Below are positions 11,801 to 23,700 of a DNA stretch of 64,000 nucleotides, piece after piece. Numbering within the stretch: position 1 is the first letter of the stretch; each line of letters starts with the position of its first letter. A program made the position numbers and the translations under genes. Under the pieces are notes generated by a model that saw nothing but the letters and a program-made list of their open reading frames with translations, was not told the origin of the DNA and did no database searches. The stretch is from Klebsormidium nitens (lineage: Eukaryota; Plantae; Klebsormidiophyceae): positions 248,001 to 312,000 of the forward strand of contig DF236975.1 of assembly GCA_000708835.1 (NCBI GenBank). The letters run 5' to 3'.

Positions 11801-14499
11801 ATCCTGAAAAGCCGACTATCTGTTCGATTTACACAGCGTGGGTTCTGCTGACCTGGGGCTCCGGCTTTACGATGTTGTCTTGTAAAGTCGCATTTTCTCT
11901 GTCACCAGGCTATGCAGTTCTGCATCACAGCCAACTTTGCGGATTCAGTTGGAAGACGCACCGCTTATCCTCTAGCTGAGAGCATCTCGTCTATTTCTTG
12001 CAGGGAAGCAGTGCGCTGGGCGTGACCACGCTGCAAAACATGGTGAGTGACACCATCTGAGGCGCCGGGGTTCCTGGCTATTCTCAAGTATGCATCGACG
12101 TGTGATGGACGTCAGCAGTGATCGCTAACGGCGGGAGATTTTTAACGGTCAGGATTTTGGACGTCAACTTGATGAGGTCTCGGTCTGGAAAGCACGTGCA
12201 CTTCCTGCGTGCTCTTTCAAGAGCAGCGGCTGTGATTTCTAGGCTGAGGCAGGAGACGAACGCTGCAGCAGGATGGGGAAATTTGACCACTAGTTTGGCA
12301 CTCTGACCTACCATTCTGGGCTGGAGGTCCCGAAGGATGGTCATGGTGACGTCAGTCACCTCAAAGACCTATCCTTTTCCGGTGGGTTCGTGAGAGGAAT
12401 GTGTCTCTCGTTCTGCAAGTTAACCATGAGAATCTCGTTCGTTTTGCAGGCTCTTGGCCGGTTGTCAGGGCGCATGTTGTTGGAAAGGGCCAAGTATCAG
12501 GTCGCGACTGAAGCCCTCAAGAAGGTATGATTTTTCCCTTCCATCAATACTGTCCGCAAATGTCGAGGTGCTCGCAGTCCGGCAGTGGCAAGGCTCGACT
12601 TAGGTCTGCTGAACCTGGGAAGAATCCCAGGCAAGGCGAGCACAAGAGTGGTGTTATTGTAACGAGACTTATCGAGCCGCGGCCTTCTTGGCAATAGCCA
12701 TGTTAAAAGTGCTACTCTACATACTCGACATCGTTGAGATCTTTGTTTTGTGGATTTCACTGACTCTGCCGCGAAATTGGAGCTATCCGTGCTTTGCTTT
12801 CAAGAAACGGTAGGCAGCAAGAAAGTGGTACACCGGTCTGGCATTGTCCCACCTCTTTGCTTTGGGTTTGTTCTCAAAAACTCTCCTGTTGCGCTTGTAC
12901 ACAGCAAATACTTAGCGGAGAGCTTGCATCGCGACGAATGCTGACCAAAGTTCTGTGCAGCTTTACGCCTAAAGTCGAAAAAGGAGCGTATGCGATACAA
13001 AGTGCCTTTCAGCTTTAAGTCCTTTGTTTCACCGCTTGAGAAGCGGGTTCGTGTGGGGCTTTTTTGTTAGTCATGATCTGCAACTTTGACAAAGCTTTGC
13101 TCCTCGCTGCTTGTAGGGTGGTGCAGCAGTGGCCAACCGGATTCAAAGTCACTACGCCGTTCTGGCGGCTAAGCAGGTGCGCCTTCTTCCCTTCTTTCGT
13201 GACAATCCACAGCTTTGTAAGTCGACTCGGCCTCTTTCTTTCCGATCTTCTCCAGTCTCTGGATTCCCTCGTCGAACAACGTTCTGCGACGTCTGACGGT
13301 GCAATACTGCTCTTGCGCACTTCAGCAGTCTTGTCGTTTGGAACAAGGGCAAAAAACTTTGCTCGTGGACGGTTCCGTTTCATAGCGGTGGTTATTCTGG
13401 GCTTGAGCCGGGAACAGATCTGCTCCTGGCCCTATGTTGCATAAGCTCAAACCTTGATGAACCGCAAGAAGATTGCCTGGAGACGAGTTGATATGTTGTA
13501 ATGGAAGCTAACATGGCTCCCCGCAATGCAGGCCCTTGCTGGCGCATCTGCGCGTTATGCCATCCTCAGAAGCACGATGACATTGCTTGGGCCAGTGTAA
13601 GGGACCTCGGCTCAACTCCTCGACCCTTCGTTCCAATGATTTTTCATTGCTCGATGATTCGACCTGCCCTGATTCTTGTAGCGGGCTTCTCGCGATTGCC
13701 TGGACCTCGTGGGATGCATATGTGGTTTTCTGGTCTCGGCTGTGCGAAACGAATGCAAAACAGTAAGTTCGTCACAACAAAGCGAAGCGATGATTTGAAG
13801 TTTTACTGTTTTTGCTGACGTCGAACGTGGTCAGTTGAGAATGCTGAGGTCCTGATTGCGGCATATGCTTCCCTTGCAGCATGTGGGGGGCGTTCATGGC
13901 GGACGTGGTGCTTCAGGCGGTGGGTACGGACTACGGACGTGTTGTGCGGGTGATCTTTGCGCTGGCCCAGGTGAGTGATGGCGACAGCTAACCTCTGGAA
14001 TGCGTTGGGCCGATCTCGGAGATACGTTTAAATGTCGAACATAAGAGCTCTCATATTGCACTTTGTTGGATATAGTTAGGGTTTTCGGGCCTTAAACATT
14101 GTGGATCTGGTTAGCTGCGATCAGCGGTCGTGTGGGCGAAGATCTGCAGTGTATCGCTTCCTGATGGGGTCAGACGAACTTCTCACAGAGTTGCTGGAAA
14201 AAGTGCGCCCGGTCTTCGTTTGACAGTTGAACGTGCTGATGTTCTGATTCGATACTCGAACAAAGCTGCTAAACAGTTTCGCCGATGTGCACCATTTACA
14301 AAGCTACTTTCTCTCTCGCTTGGTTGTACTTGAGGACCTGTGACGTCCCCTGTATCGCTCAATGAGAGGCCTCATTCATGCGTACCCGACATCTTTCTGC
14401 GGTCGCAACCATGCCTTCCGTGCGTGAGGCTCTTCGCTGTCACCTTCGCAGATCCGCCTTACCAGAACGTACGGCTGGAGACAGTCGGATGCAACTTAG
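8879..14499 (+). CDS. Conserved plant protein of the UPF0174/YaaW-like type (resembles Arabidopsis At1g73470 from memory), probable plastid transit peptide
   Basis: About 11 GT-AG exons give ELRGALDLASDEELHEIVNILYGRSPLSPILKSI, LEARFFFLAADAKATMTGKRPSYRQVLLCVRQKLRVPCSNVLSTADLEAEIFLHLLQEYS, LAPVKIGGEEVLSILAK, ALGRLSGRMLLERAKYQVATEALKKGGAAVANRIQSHYAVLAAKQALAGASARYAILRSTMTLLGP, MWGAFMADVVLQAVGTDYGRVVRVIFALAQIRLTRTYGW..stop (TAG 14497-14499). The first exon and start are tentative. Confidence 0.8.
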
Positions 14500-14728
14500 G
14501 GCGGTAGGTGAAGAGAGGCAGCGCTTGGAGGGGACGTTATAAGACGTCACGTTCAATTGCAGCTTATGCAAGAATAAGCTTTTGAGACACGGCTCACCAA
14601 ATGATCTTTTGAGAGTCTCAAGCATGGTAGACATAAATGATAAGTATGCGATCCATGATATCTCGATTGCATAAGTAGATTCACGTGACCTGATACGAGT
14701 TGCGTTTAAAACATTGTTTGCTAAGCAC

Positions 14729-14812
14729 GCACAGTCTTACATAGAAGTTGAACAAGATATTCCCATGATTGCACAGTCTTACATAGAAGTTGAACAAGAT
14801 ATTCCCATGATT
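14729..14812. repeat. Perfect 42-bp tandem duplication
   Basis: GCACAGTCTTACATAGAAGTTGAACAAGATATTCCCATGATT occurs at 14729 and 14771, downstream of the UPF0174-like stop codon. Confidence 0.95.
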
Positions 14813-15638
14813 GCCTTGAAGGACTCGAGTTGTGATTCTTTGACCTGTGCAGATTGGAATCAATTGCTTGGTGAATCATTGGTATGCGCAATTGAACGCC
14901 GTCAGAACACTCTAACATGGACTGGGGCTCGATCTAGTGTGCATCGGCCGCCCGTTCTTCGAGCCGACTGATTTCCCGGATGCCTAGATCTGCAAGAATT
15001 AAACCTTAAAAGCCTACTAGTGTGCATGATCCCGACGTCGATATGGTCCCTGAGCCGCGGGCCATTCCTTGCAATGACGGCCCGCGGCAGAAAAGTGATC
15101 CGGATGTCAGCTACGTCAGTGGGTGCTAGCTGTACAACATTTGGCTGTCCGATTGACTGACAAGCATCAATCTTGATTAAGATTATTATGCGGTATACTC
15201 GTTTTGTGAGTCCCGTGCTTTTCACTTGCGGCGCCATGCCACGTCATCTTTCAGCTATAGAGCTCCGTAAGCTCGGACACTCGATTCAAATGTATACTGA
15301 TATCTGCCCGACGGTCATTGGTGGCCAACTACGCTCACCCAATTCTCCATTCGGGTCCCTGAGTGCATCATGCCTTCTACATGCATGCTAGCCATGGTGA
15401 TCTTGTAGCAGAAGATTATGTACCTACTCTGTGATGTGAAGCAACTGCATGCGTCGAAACGCTTTTAGTTCTTATACGTGAGGTGATTGTTTCCACTAAC
15501 ACTCATGCAACAAATCTTCTATGCACTTGCGCACATAACCAAAGTTTCGTCCAGAATTACCGCACGATCAGTACTCTGAACAAAGCACTGAGCTACTTGT
15601 TTCAAGCTGAGGTTCTACGGAACCTTCTGGCTGCAAAG

Positions 15639-18430
15639 TCAATGGCAAGGATGCCGCAATCTGGTTTTGGAGTCCTTCACACGCTTTACATGACGACCTC
15701 CCGCCAGAATTCCCAAGTTCGCCAGCTCTCGTTTCAACTTTCCAGGGCCGACCTTGGGCTGCCCTTTCGCTGTGGATGACATCTTCGTTGGCGTGCTACC
15801 TTGCGCCTCCTCGGGTTGAGGTGGTTGAGTCGTCTGGCCAGACAACCCGTCTTTGTTCCCGTTCGGTGTCTTGGATCCCTCCGATGGTTCTTCCTCTCTC
15901 TTCGAAGCTACATCCGTTTCGCCTTCCAAAACCTTTTCCGAAGGATCTCTACAGCTGCTGGGCTCGATCATCTCGTGTCCGAAAACCTGCACCTCGCCGC
16001 CTTCATCGGTCTTGACGTTCTCCACCTTTCCAAGCCCCTCTCCTGGTGCAACTCTGACCTTTTTTGGACGTCCTCGCTTTCTTGGCCCGCTTTGCGTGGC
16101 CTCCACAGTCACTAGGTCCCCATTTGACGTCACGTTGACCTCTTCAGAACGTCCGCTCTTCGTCGCTCCGTCCTCCGCACTTTCCATGCTCTTTGCCGCC
16201 TGAAGCTTTTCACGCTCTTCGTTTGGCGCCACTTTGACGTTCTTTGGACGCCTTTGCTCGTCTTCTCTACCTTCCAAGGTCTCGGAGCCCTTCCGGGAGA
16301 CAATCTCATCCCTTCCCGGACGACCTCTTTTCCCACCTTGCGCGTCCATGTTGCGCTCTTCTTCTAACGTCACCTCGACAGTGGAGCGTTTTGATTTGGT
16401 TGCTCCACTCTGCGTGCCCACAGCAGCGGTGACTGCCTTTGACAACGTATCGGAAGCTTGGCCTACTTTTGAGGCCAACTTTCCATCAGACGTCCCTTTG
16501 TTTTCCAAGACATTTCCAGCATCCTTTTCTCGTCCGTCGATTGTCGCCAGTGACGCAGCGCTTTTCCGGGCCTCGCTTCTCTCCATTTGCTGCGCGTGCA
16601 CGGCGGTGGAGGTCTTGGCTTGCTCCAGCGGTGCCACTCTGTCTTTTCCGCCCGCCGACGGCCTTGCGGTGGAAGGAGGCAGTTTCAAGCTAACAAATTT
16701 CGCCTTTGGCTCGTCTTTCCTCTCTGACTCTTTGTCAGCGTCTCTCTTCTGACGTTTTCCTTTCGCCGCCAGCTCTCGCGGCTCTTTCTCCGTTGCACTC
16801 GTTTCTGCAGCGCTTGCTACTTTTGGCAAGGATCTTACAGGGGTCGAATCACTGGAGCTGATCTTTGGGGAAGGAACTTCTCGACATGACTTGCCTTTGA
16901 CCGCTGCTTTCTTTGCCCTTGGCTTTGCCTGCGACTGACTGGCTTTCGACTTTGCCATTTTTGCAGTCCCTTTGTTTGCGAAAGGTCGGGGCTTCGCTTT
17001 CTCGCGGATAGCAGGAACCTGAAGCTTTGAGCCGCTTTTCAAGCGGATAGCCGCAAAGGTCTGGACGGTCACAAGGTCTCGCGAAGCTACACCATCGTTC
17101 GGTGAAACGGGAGCCCTTGAAACCAATCCGAAAACAGGGCACTCCTCAGGGGCTTGAGAAGTACAGGCAGTCGTCGCAACGTTTCCCAGTACTTGATCTT
17201 GACGCTGCTTTGCTGCTGACCAGTTTTGAGCGTTGTAGGTGGACCAGACTTGAGATTCTTTGCAAAGAATGGTAGAATCCAAGGTGCTCGGAGGAGCTGC
17301 GCAATATAGGAGAAGTCTGTCAGTCTCGAAACAGCTGGTGACCGAGTTCAATCGGTCACTTGCGCAGGTGGATAGCGGACTGTCCCACTCTTGCTTTGCC
17401 AGCCTGCCAAACAATTCTAGCACCAAAGACCTGGTCAAGTCCGCATTCCGTCAGAGCTCTGTTGCTGAACATCTGTCTACAGCACATCAATAATGGGAGT
17501 AGAATTTCTCATCAAGGATGTTTCCTGTAGTAGGCATCTGGTAAAGCAAACAGACCTTTTGTGCCAGCAACTTCTTACTTACCGAGGGATCCATTTTCGT
17601 ATCTAGTGAGCAAAAGCTGGATAACTTGTCTGTACTTGAGGCCAAATTTTGGCGTTGCTGCCGGGGTCGTTTGTATCTGATTCACCTTGAGCATCTGCGA
17701 AAGACATCAGCACTTTTGATACGTTCTTAAGACAAGAGAAGACAAGAAGGAACAAGGGGCTTCCACGTTGATAACCCATAGAGTTAATCAACTTGGATTT
17801 GGATTCTGCTCTCCGATAGTCGCCTCGGTGCGAGCTGACACAAGACACAAGAATGCAGAGCTCTGAGAAAATGGAGTCAGGTGGAGTGATAGCTATCGTA
17901 GAGTCAAGAAAAGATCACGTTTTCGTAAAGTGCTTACCTGCTGGAGCAGAGAACGGGGGGGGACGGACGTTAATACATATGTGCATTGCTTCTGTGTAAG
18001 ACGCTTCCAATCCTTCCGTTTAACAAGTTGGAAGAGGCTGCACATGGGAATACGACCCTGGTCAACAACTTCCTAGGAAAGACCACAAGGATACTACGGC
18101 CTTCTCTGCTTCGCAGGCCGTCTCGTTCGGAATCCCTAATAATTCTCGGAGCACTCTCACTTTTAGAAATGGTTCTGAGATGTTGATTTGGACTGGAATC
18201 ACAGCATTTTGAGCAGTGATGCTTCGGATGATATCTCCATCGCTGCAGCTGCAACAGTCGAAAGGGTAAACATACAGAATGAGCAACCAAGGGACGAGTC
18301 CCAGCAAGCAAGAAAGATAGGAGTGATGTGAAAGCTTACCTTTGTATGCAGGAATACAAGTAGCTATACTCGACAATTGTCATTGGTAGATGAAGGCCAG
18401 TAAATGATTGGTCTCCATGCCTGTTCGTCA
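15639..18430 (-). CDS. Unknown protein with small N-terminal globular region and long Lys/Glu/Ser-rich tail bearing AT-hook-like motifs
   Basis: A 599-codon open frame at 15639-17438 contains KRGRPGR and RKRGRPKK. Upstream exons (~18430-18340, ~18242-18165, ~18080-17938, ~17697-17584) splice with consistent phase to ..YSYLYSCIQSDGDIIRSITAQNAVIPVQINISEPFLKEVVDQGRIPM..LLTRYENGSL. They can join the long ORF via a phase-compatible acceptor at 17417. The 5' end is unresolved. Confidence 0.5.
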
Positions 18431-20720
18431 GCATTCGTCGCATTCGTGCTCATGAATCCTGAAAAAGATGGAACAGAGAGACTTTGCCGCTTCAGCTGAT
18501 CTCTCAAAGATGTCAGAATTGAGCTGCAGGTCCGATCAGGAACACACTGTCTTGCTTCTTGCTATGACGGCTCAAGCAACAGGCCCTTGCTGCAGAATTG
18601 TCCAAAGCCACTAAAGGCTGACTCTGAATTCCTGGCAGCACTCGGATTACCTTGATCAACAAGGATCCAAGCTCAGCTTCGAGCATGCCTTTCATGCCTT
18701 GAAACTTGACGCTCTTGCAAGGCACTCAGCGATCGCGATTTCCCCCTCAATCATTCGCGTCGCGTGAAATCTACCAGAAACCATGTACCGTTGTTTGATC
18801 ATTCCGAGGATGAAGTCCAGAATTCAGATTATTCTTCTGATGCCACACTCGAGACGTATTCCACATGAAGGCCCAGTCTCAGCGTGTGAGAAAGTGAGTT
18901 CGATCAGCGATCGCGTGTCTGCCTACCCGCTCTCTGGCGCTCGCGGCGCGCCTGTACGCAGCACGCGGCCGCGTTAGACCATGCAGACTTGGACGGACGG
19001 TGAGCGGTACGTGCTCCGACAGCGGCTGCCGCATCTTTCGACTGTATCTTTATGCGCCTCTTCTAGTTCTTTTCCACGCCGGCGTGGACGATGGTCACTT
19101 CGTTTTAACACGATTGAGCTGAAGGAGGACCGCTTCGGGCGGCTGGCGATGACTCGAGCTGAGAAAGGGCGCAGGCAGTTTCACGATTACTGGTTTCAAG
19201 TTATATAACTGGGTTGACACACAGACTAGTATGGGGCATTTCATGGTGTTGAGACGGATCAAGCAGGTGAAAAGGTGTGCAAAGCTGGTCAGGCGCTGAT
19301 TTGGAGTCGTTTACTCTTATCGCACGAGATACATCGCGGCTTTGTGAAAACATCAATGCTTATATTCGCGGTAGTTTTGAGACGGATCACCATGCACGCC
19401 GCAGGTGCATCGGGGTCAGGGATCAGGTCACCGGCAAGATCACATGCCAATTGAGGAGTCCATATTTAGTGTGGGTGACGTGGAGCTTGATTTAATCTTC
19501 CTGACGCACGAAGGATCATAGGGTTTTAAAAGCTCTGCTTTGCGTATGTAACCAAACAGCAGACGAAGCGAATATTGGCCCCTAATCCAGTTGCCTCCGC
19601 AAATCTCATTACCGGTAAAGTGAATCATGTCGCCGATCATCATATGGAGATTATCTAACCGTCTGCAACTTGCCAAATGCGCATACAATGATGACTCTGA
19701 AGTCAAAGCACAAGCGAATCACTCAATGCATCTGTGCAGCGCCCTGCGCTTACTTAGGAGTCCCGACACAGGCTTTTGTCTCTGCGCTGCCCGTACGCTA
19801 CTTATTGGCTTTCATTGGCGCCAGCAACCTTCGCCGGTAGCCTGATGTTGCTCAGCTTCACTTTTTATTCTCATAAATTATTCCTCGGTATCAACCAGGT
19901 CTCGACCTCCTAGAAGTAGAGATCAAAAAACTACAGAATATGCTTCTTTGTCTATTTCGTTTCAATTCGACCAAGCTGCTACCTCCCATTCACTGGCAAA
20001 ATAACACTGCAACATGTCTATGCAAAAATGACCGACAACTCTTCTACACGGTGAGCACAAACCGTCTCAGATAGCTGCGGAGGCCTCAACACGCGCGCGC
20101 TGGTTTCCTAGGCTCCGGATGGCCGAGTTAACCACTGCCTCTCAAACTGCAACACGTGGCTGATTTCAGTATGCCTCCAGATGTGCCACAATTGCCGCTG
20201 GGCGGGCTTGACACATGCAAATGATGATGGACGATCAACCGCGCTTCGGAGGGCCGGCAAGCCGGGCAGGAAGACGCGCCTCCTGTTGCGCACGTGCCGA
20301 TACTCAATTTCCTGTGTTCAGACACCAAAGCAAGAGATGAGCCCTTTCCCCAGAGGGCGGTTCTCTCTTACCTGCATGACTGCTTGTCACATGTTCACTT
20401 AAGAAGGCGGCAAGAGAGCAAGTACCCCGTGTCGCAACGAAGGATGTCTTAAACACGCAAATTTAAGCCTGCAGGTGCTTCAAATTCAACATACTTGATT
20501 GATGGCAAAAGATGCTGGATATAGCCATAACTTTGAAGGATCCAATATCTGGTCTTGTAGATGCGTGAGAACTCCTCGTTCTTGCTTTAAGTTGTGTTCC
20601 ATCGGCAAAGACGATCTGGAAATAAGGATGTCGACGAGCATGTCGATCTTAAAAGCGCCGTGATCAGAGCCGATGATGACTGGGAATCGAATCGGGAGAA
20701 TGGCGGGAAACGTACGTACC

Positions 20721-23700
20721 TTAAGCACAGACTGGTGTGGCTCCCGGCAGACCGGGGCACAGCCCCGGGCAGCAGATAAACGCAGAACCGTCAGAGTTGA
20801 AGCACTGCGCGCACAAAAGCGGTCCCACGAATGAGCCGCGCACTTAGATCTATAAAGTTTCGAAATAGTTCCACAGTTCGTTCGGATAAGGAACTCGGTG
20901 CAGCAATCTGATGCAGAGTGAAGCGTCAGCTCCTGTTTTGTCTGTGTAGCCACGGCGCCGCAGTGCTGCGGGGTCTCTAAAAAGCGCTGAAACGATGCTT
21001 GTTCAATCATACTAACATAATCGGTGTACCGATTCAGGGATGAACTGGCTCGAAGTAAAGCCCCCGTGATTTCAACTATTCAAGAGTAAGGGGGATCGAA
21101 CCTCAGCTGCAGCGTCCACATCCAATCTCATGCCATCTGATCAACGAAGCACAAGGTGACTGAGGAACAAAATCACCCAGGAAGGCTTCACCCGACGTGA
21201 TCAACTGACAACAGGACCCGCCTCAGAATCCTGCCTAGACGCCCTGCACTTGACCTTAACCCGGTTTTTACTTGCCTGGTTAGAAAGCGGAGACGCCGGG
21301 TTGCACGTCGTCGGAGGCGCGGTGGGCCTAGGCGTTCCGGTGGGAACGTTCGTCGGGGCGACGGTGGGCGCGCCCGAGGGAACGTCAGCGGTCGCGCAGG
21401 CGGGGGTGGGCATGGGGGGAGCGGGGCACCCCACCCCGGCAGGACAGCACGTGTAGGATGAGCCGGTCGCGTCGAAGCACTGCAAGCGCGGGAAGTTTGA
21501 TATTGTCAGGTTTTGGAGGGGGTGTTGTGGCCTTGGCATTTGAGGTTTTTAAGACAAGGAAGGGCAGGAGAAGCAAAAACTAATGGGTGTCAGGAATGTG
21601 CGTGGGAATCTTGGAACGGGCTGAAACAGAGCGAACGAGCTTGACGGCCTGCAATTTACCGTTAATGACGCCGAGCATGAAGGTCGCACGCGGTTGAAAA
21701 TTTCACGGAGCAAAGAGTGAGAAAGAACGGGAGACTCGAGCGACAACGAATCCAATAGTTGTACCAGGGGGTCGATGTCGCCATGAGATCTTTAAACTCT
21801 TGTAGCTCTTTCGAGAAAACAAACGCACTCAAAACTGAACGATGGCCGTCTCTTCAGCGAGCATCTAATGACGTTTGACAACACAGGGCTCCAGCCGATT
21901 GAGAGAGGTAACATCATCTGGCCGATTACAAACGCTTTCGCTTGGAAAGCAGTTTCTGACGATCCAAAATGAGGTACTCAGCCTTTCAACTACGCAGCCG
22001 TCCGAGTTTGAAAGGAGGAAAGGCTCTTTCCAGCCCACCTGATTCGGGAGCGATGATGAGGCGTCGCACGTGGTGCCGACCGGGAAGACGGTCGGTACCG
22101 TCGCGGTCGGCGCCGGAGTTATGGGGGCGAGGGTGGTCGGGGCCGGGGTGGTTGCCCCGGGGGTTAGTCGGCGCCGGAGTTGCGGGGGCGAGGGTGGCCG
22201 GGGAAGGAGTGGTCGGGGTACAGCTCGGGGTGCCAACAGCCGGGGGGGTCGGGCACTGAACGGAAACAAAGAATCGAGTCAAACCGGAACGAGCGGAACG
22301 AGCTCAAAAGCGGAACTGTCCTAATCAAGATCCCAGCCACGACGCTTTTGAGCAGTGGCTCTGACGAGTTGCTTGGAAGCGGTCTTGAAAAAAAGCCCCG
22401 AAGGCCTAAACAGGTGCCTTTTAGCAATGTTCCGAAGGACGTGGGGGGCTCCAGTGCAAATCCTAGCTGACCGCCTGACACCTGGCAGTGCTGAGCTACA
22501 AGCACGTGACAAAAGGCTTAGCCGCTGAGCTTGGGGCGCTTGCTTCAGATCACTCTACTTGCTCGCGCGGCCCACGTGCGCGGAGCCGGTTTCTCGTCGT
22601 TTGTCGGTGCTTCGACGAGTCTTAATTAAAGCCATTCACAGGGACCGGATACTCATTCGAGCCGTCAGCAATCGCTCGCACACGCGTCAGATTTCTAAGC
22701 CCGCCTTCAGTCCCGCAACCTGGAAGCTCGACAGACGTTCGGAACTTCAGTCTCTTTGCGTCTTTCGAGAAAGGCATACGTACCTGGCCGGCGCAGCAGA
22801 TGGACTGGGAGCCGTCCGAATTGTAGCACTGGTTGGCGGTAGCGGGTGAGGACAGGCACGTGCCGTCGGGCCCGGGGAAGGCAGAAGAGGGCACGGTGGG
22901 AGCGGGAGTGGTCGGGGCAGGGGTCGTCCCGGTGTCACGCTGTAGAGGCTCGTTGCCGTGGCTCATCAGAGTTNNNNNNNNNNNNNNNNNNNNTGTCGTG
23001 ATCCTAAAACCCTAGAATCACCCAGAGATTCGGTCCCTAAATGCCCGTATCTCAACAAGGTTCCCTGAAAGCTGTTTCAGGCGCGAAGCTTCATATACAT
23101 GAGCAAAGTTGCTAATTATTGGAGTTCGTGCGTCCACACTTTTCTTTGATATCACTGATCGACTACGTTGATGCGCTTTGATAAAAAGTGGTCCAATACT
23201 TGATGGGCTCTTTCTTTATTGGTGAGTTATTCAATAAAATGGGTTCAGTTGCTGATGGGCTGTTCACGCAAAGCTTCAAGTTGTCTTCTGAGGCCTTTCT
23301 CGCATGCCTGGCTGCAAAAGCTGCTGGGCAGTTCAACTTTATGCCACGATCAAGCAATAATTCGCGGATTTAAAAGGTGGGCGCACTCAATTCAATACAT
23401 GAGCAAGGCAATGATGTCCGTTAGATTTTGTGGGTCGAAACTTCAATCTGGCCGCAAATCACTACTTCTCAACCCACCCTCCATTCTGGTTCAGGTTCGA
23501 GGAGAGCGCGTACGAGGCGCTCCAAGCGGCCGCGAAGGACTACCTCGTCGAGCTGTTTGAGCAGGCCAACCTCTTTGCCGTGCACGCGAAGAGGGTGACT
23601 TTGATGCCCGCGGACTGGGAGCTGATGAGGAAGCTGAGGAAGAAGGAGTTCCGGAATCCCTTGGGAATGGCAGCGTTCTGGTAGCCACGAGAATCAGGAC

